NCBI GenBank assembly: GCA_964016885.1
Contig: OZ024760.1
Location: 3,162,001 to 3,226,000 of the forward strand
From: Eledone cirrhosa
Lineage: Eukaryota
DNA: 64,000 bases
Reading direction: 5' to 3'
The position numbers were made by a program, and so were the translations under genes. This document shows positions 61,402-64,000 of this stretch, in pieces. Within the stretch, counting starts at the first letter, position 1. Each line of letters begins with the position of its first letter. The notes below the pieces were generated by a model. The model searched no databases, was not told the DNA's origin, and saw only the letters and a program-made list of their open reading frames with translations.

Positions 61402-61844
61402 GTGTGTGTGTGTGTGTGTGAACTGTGAAACTATACTGGTGACTCGAAGATCGGGAGTTTCGCTTGAAACTGCCTCGAATTTACGATGCAAAACTTTACG
61501 ATATTCTCAAATTTAAAATTTTCGTCATAATTCTATGATATTTTAGAAATTTGTGTTAAGCAATGTTCTAAATATGAGCTTACTAATAAAAACAGCTTGT
61601 TTGCTTTATCAAATCCCTCCATATTTTAGGCGAATTTTCAAAATCTATTGAAACACGCAGGCTGCATATTTCATTAAATATATGATATAATGAAAGAGTT
61701 AAACACAAAACATCTGGCTTTCGAGTTGCACACGGCACTGGACAGAATTGCTTCTATATCATTCACTCTCATCTCGGGAACAATTTTGAATAGCGCCAGT
61801 TCGTAATTTGAACTCGGGAATTTTATATTCTCCAAGTGAAAAGA

Positions 61845-61919
61845 ACCTTCTGACGAGAGTCTTTTCTTTTCAATGGACTATCCATTTATTTTTGAGACTT
61901 GAAACCGTACGGTAAAGGT
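61845..61919 (+). ncRNA. Type I hammerhead ribozyme with extended stem II
   Basis: acctt-CTGACGA-gagtct...(aatgga cta tccatt)...agactt-GAAA-ccgtacgg-TA-aaggt; palindromic stem III. Confidence 0.85.
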
Positions 61920-61986
61920 AACTATAGCAGGTACAGTGAATTTTTTTAAATTAATTTTAAAACTTTTTCTTATTTGCTAAACCTTG

Positions 61987-62056
<70 letters not shown>

Positions 62057-62171
62057 GGCTTTGTAGCTTGCTTGAAGCATTATTGAATAGGAAACACAAA
62101 TTTAAATTTAGTAAACCAAAACACTGCGTTATGAAGAATGTTAAATTGCCAAGATAACAAAAGAATCTTAC

Positions 62172-62217
<46 letters not shown>

Positions 62218-62639
62218 TTCACAGATTCGTAATACACTGTACAATAGGATTTATTTCAAATATTTACATGTGTTTCATTGAGGTGTTAAGAAGCACGTTT
62301 GGAAATCGCTAAACCCAATAATCTATCGGGAAAAATCGAATTCAATGCGGTGAAAGATATTTTTACTCCCGGCACATCAAATTATATATTCTCATTATAT
62401 ATAAGGACAAGTTTGAGTCTTGTTCCTCAGTTTCTTTTGTAAGTACACAGGAGAAACTCCAGAGTAACAGGTTAGCTTTAATAAAGCCAATATTAATTTC
62501 TACTATGGTACTGAGGAACGTCAATTATATATTGAAAGGCTTGCTGAACACATCAGCCGAAACTGCTTGGCGCTGCGGTCGGAATTTTACATATCTCACC
62601 ATGCATCGAGTACTCCGTGATTAGTGTCTCAGTACCGCA

Positions 62640-62732
<93 letters not shown>

Positions 62733-63040
62733 GTGTGTTTTTTCTCCCCAATTATTTTTTCTCATTTTCCCCGTTCCTTCCTCTCATCACTCTTTATTTT
62801 CTATTTATCTTCTATTTCTAACTCTATCTTCTGATAAAGGACTAGTGTCTGAAACGTTAAGACTCTCTTCCTACTATTTCAAGCATTAAACTAATATATA
62901 CCTACCATATACTGTGCAGTTTTTGTTATTTCTGTTTACCTTTCACACACACACATAGATAGATAGATATAGTTAAATCTTAGACAGGAACAAAAACAGA
63001 GAGGCAGTACAAATAGTGGTTTATTAGGTTCACGCTTTTG

Positions 63041-63081
<41 letters not shown>

Positions 63082-63217
63082 CGCTTAGTATTAACGGTGC
63101 CTAGAATGAGTGCTCAGTACCATAGAACTGAGCACTCATATTTGCTTTAAGGGCAACTTTAAGTCTTGTTATTCTGGAGTTTCTAAAACTTGTTCTTATA
63201 TATGAGAATATATAAAT

Positions 63218-63276
<59 letters not shown>

Positions 63277-63281
63277 ATATA

Positions 63282-63372
63282 CAGGGCGTTCCAAAAAATA
63301 TATATACACATTTTCATTAAAATGCTGTTGAAGTGTGTATACATTTTTTTTTGGGGGGGGGGGGACACCCTG
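63282..63372. mobile_element. Tc1/mariner-type MITE remnant
   Basis: ta-CAGGGCGTTCCAAAAAA...TTTTTTGG(G)n ACACCCTG imperfect terminal inverted repeats. Confidence 0.55.
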
Positions 63373-63646
63373 TGTGTATATATAATATATGTGCCAACAC
63401 AAGAGCAAGAATGAAGGGTTCATGGCGTTAAAAATGAGGCTTGTTTGCATAATTGCAAACGAAGTGGATTGGCAGTATCGGTAGAGGGTCGGACGCCATG
63501 CTTTCCAGCATAGTTACGTCCCTTTACGATCTGAGTTCAAATCCCCCCGAGGTTGACTTTGCCTTTCATCCTTACTGGGTCGATAAAATAAAGTACCAGT
63601 AATGCACTAGGTAATTGCTGGCCTTGTGCCTAAAGTAGAAAAACAG

Positions 63647-63689
<43 letters not shown>

Positions 63690-64000
63690 TATATATTTAT
63701 ATATATATAAAACCGTATGGCAGAAAAGATATATATAATGTGAAGATGTGTATGTATGTATTTTGAGTATATGTGAATACATGTATGTATGTATATATGT
63801 GTGTGCATGTGTGTGTGTGTGTATGTATGCATGGATGTATACGAGTGTGTGTGAATGTGTTGCACTTATTAATGTGTGTGTATGTGTTGCACTTATTAAT
63901 GTGTGTGTGCGTATGTGAGGTAATGAATAAACTACATACAAGGAAAGCGTTAATCATTCCAAGCCAGCTCCCTCCTACCTCCCCCCTTTCATTACACACA

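Overview
Eukaryotic, very AT- and microsatellite-rich genomic DNA. The repeat content (RTE LINEs with (TGA)n tails, CORE- and Nin-domain SINEs, Penelope-like elements, kilobase (TA)n arrays) looks like an octopus/cephalopod genome; that is inference. The one host gene is the 3' part of an ENPP1/3-like ectonucleotide pyrophosphatase/phosphodiesterase: 12 GT-AG exons on + between 1782 and 21784, 521 codons plus stop, all intron phases consistent. The rest is transposon debris. The most notable signal is about 20 type-I hammerhead ribozyme motifs from about 11 distinct short element families, next to two Penelope-like (GIY-YIG, one with RT) copies. Many of these elements sit in (TA)n arrays as asymmetric fold-backs with both 3' ends outward, and the short arm stops at the same internal TA-containing site in independent copies. 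The set includes hammerheads with roughly 80 nt branched stem-II insertions, a hammerhead-like scaffold with a conserved non-canonical core (GUUGAU), and a conserved kink-turn-like hairpin. Almost all long IY/YI/CV ORFs in the supplied track are microsatellite artefacts. All RNA structures were read by eye, not computed.
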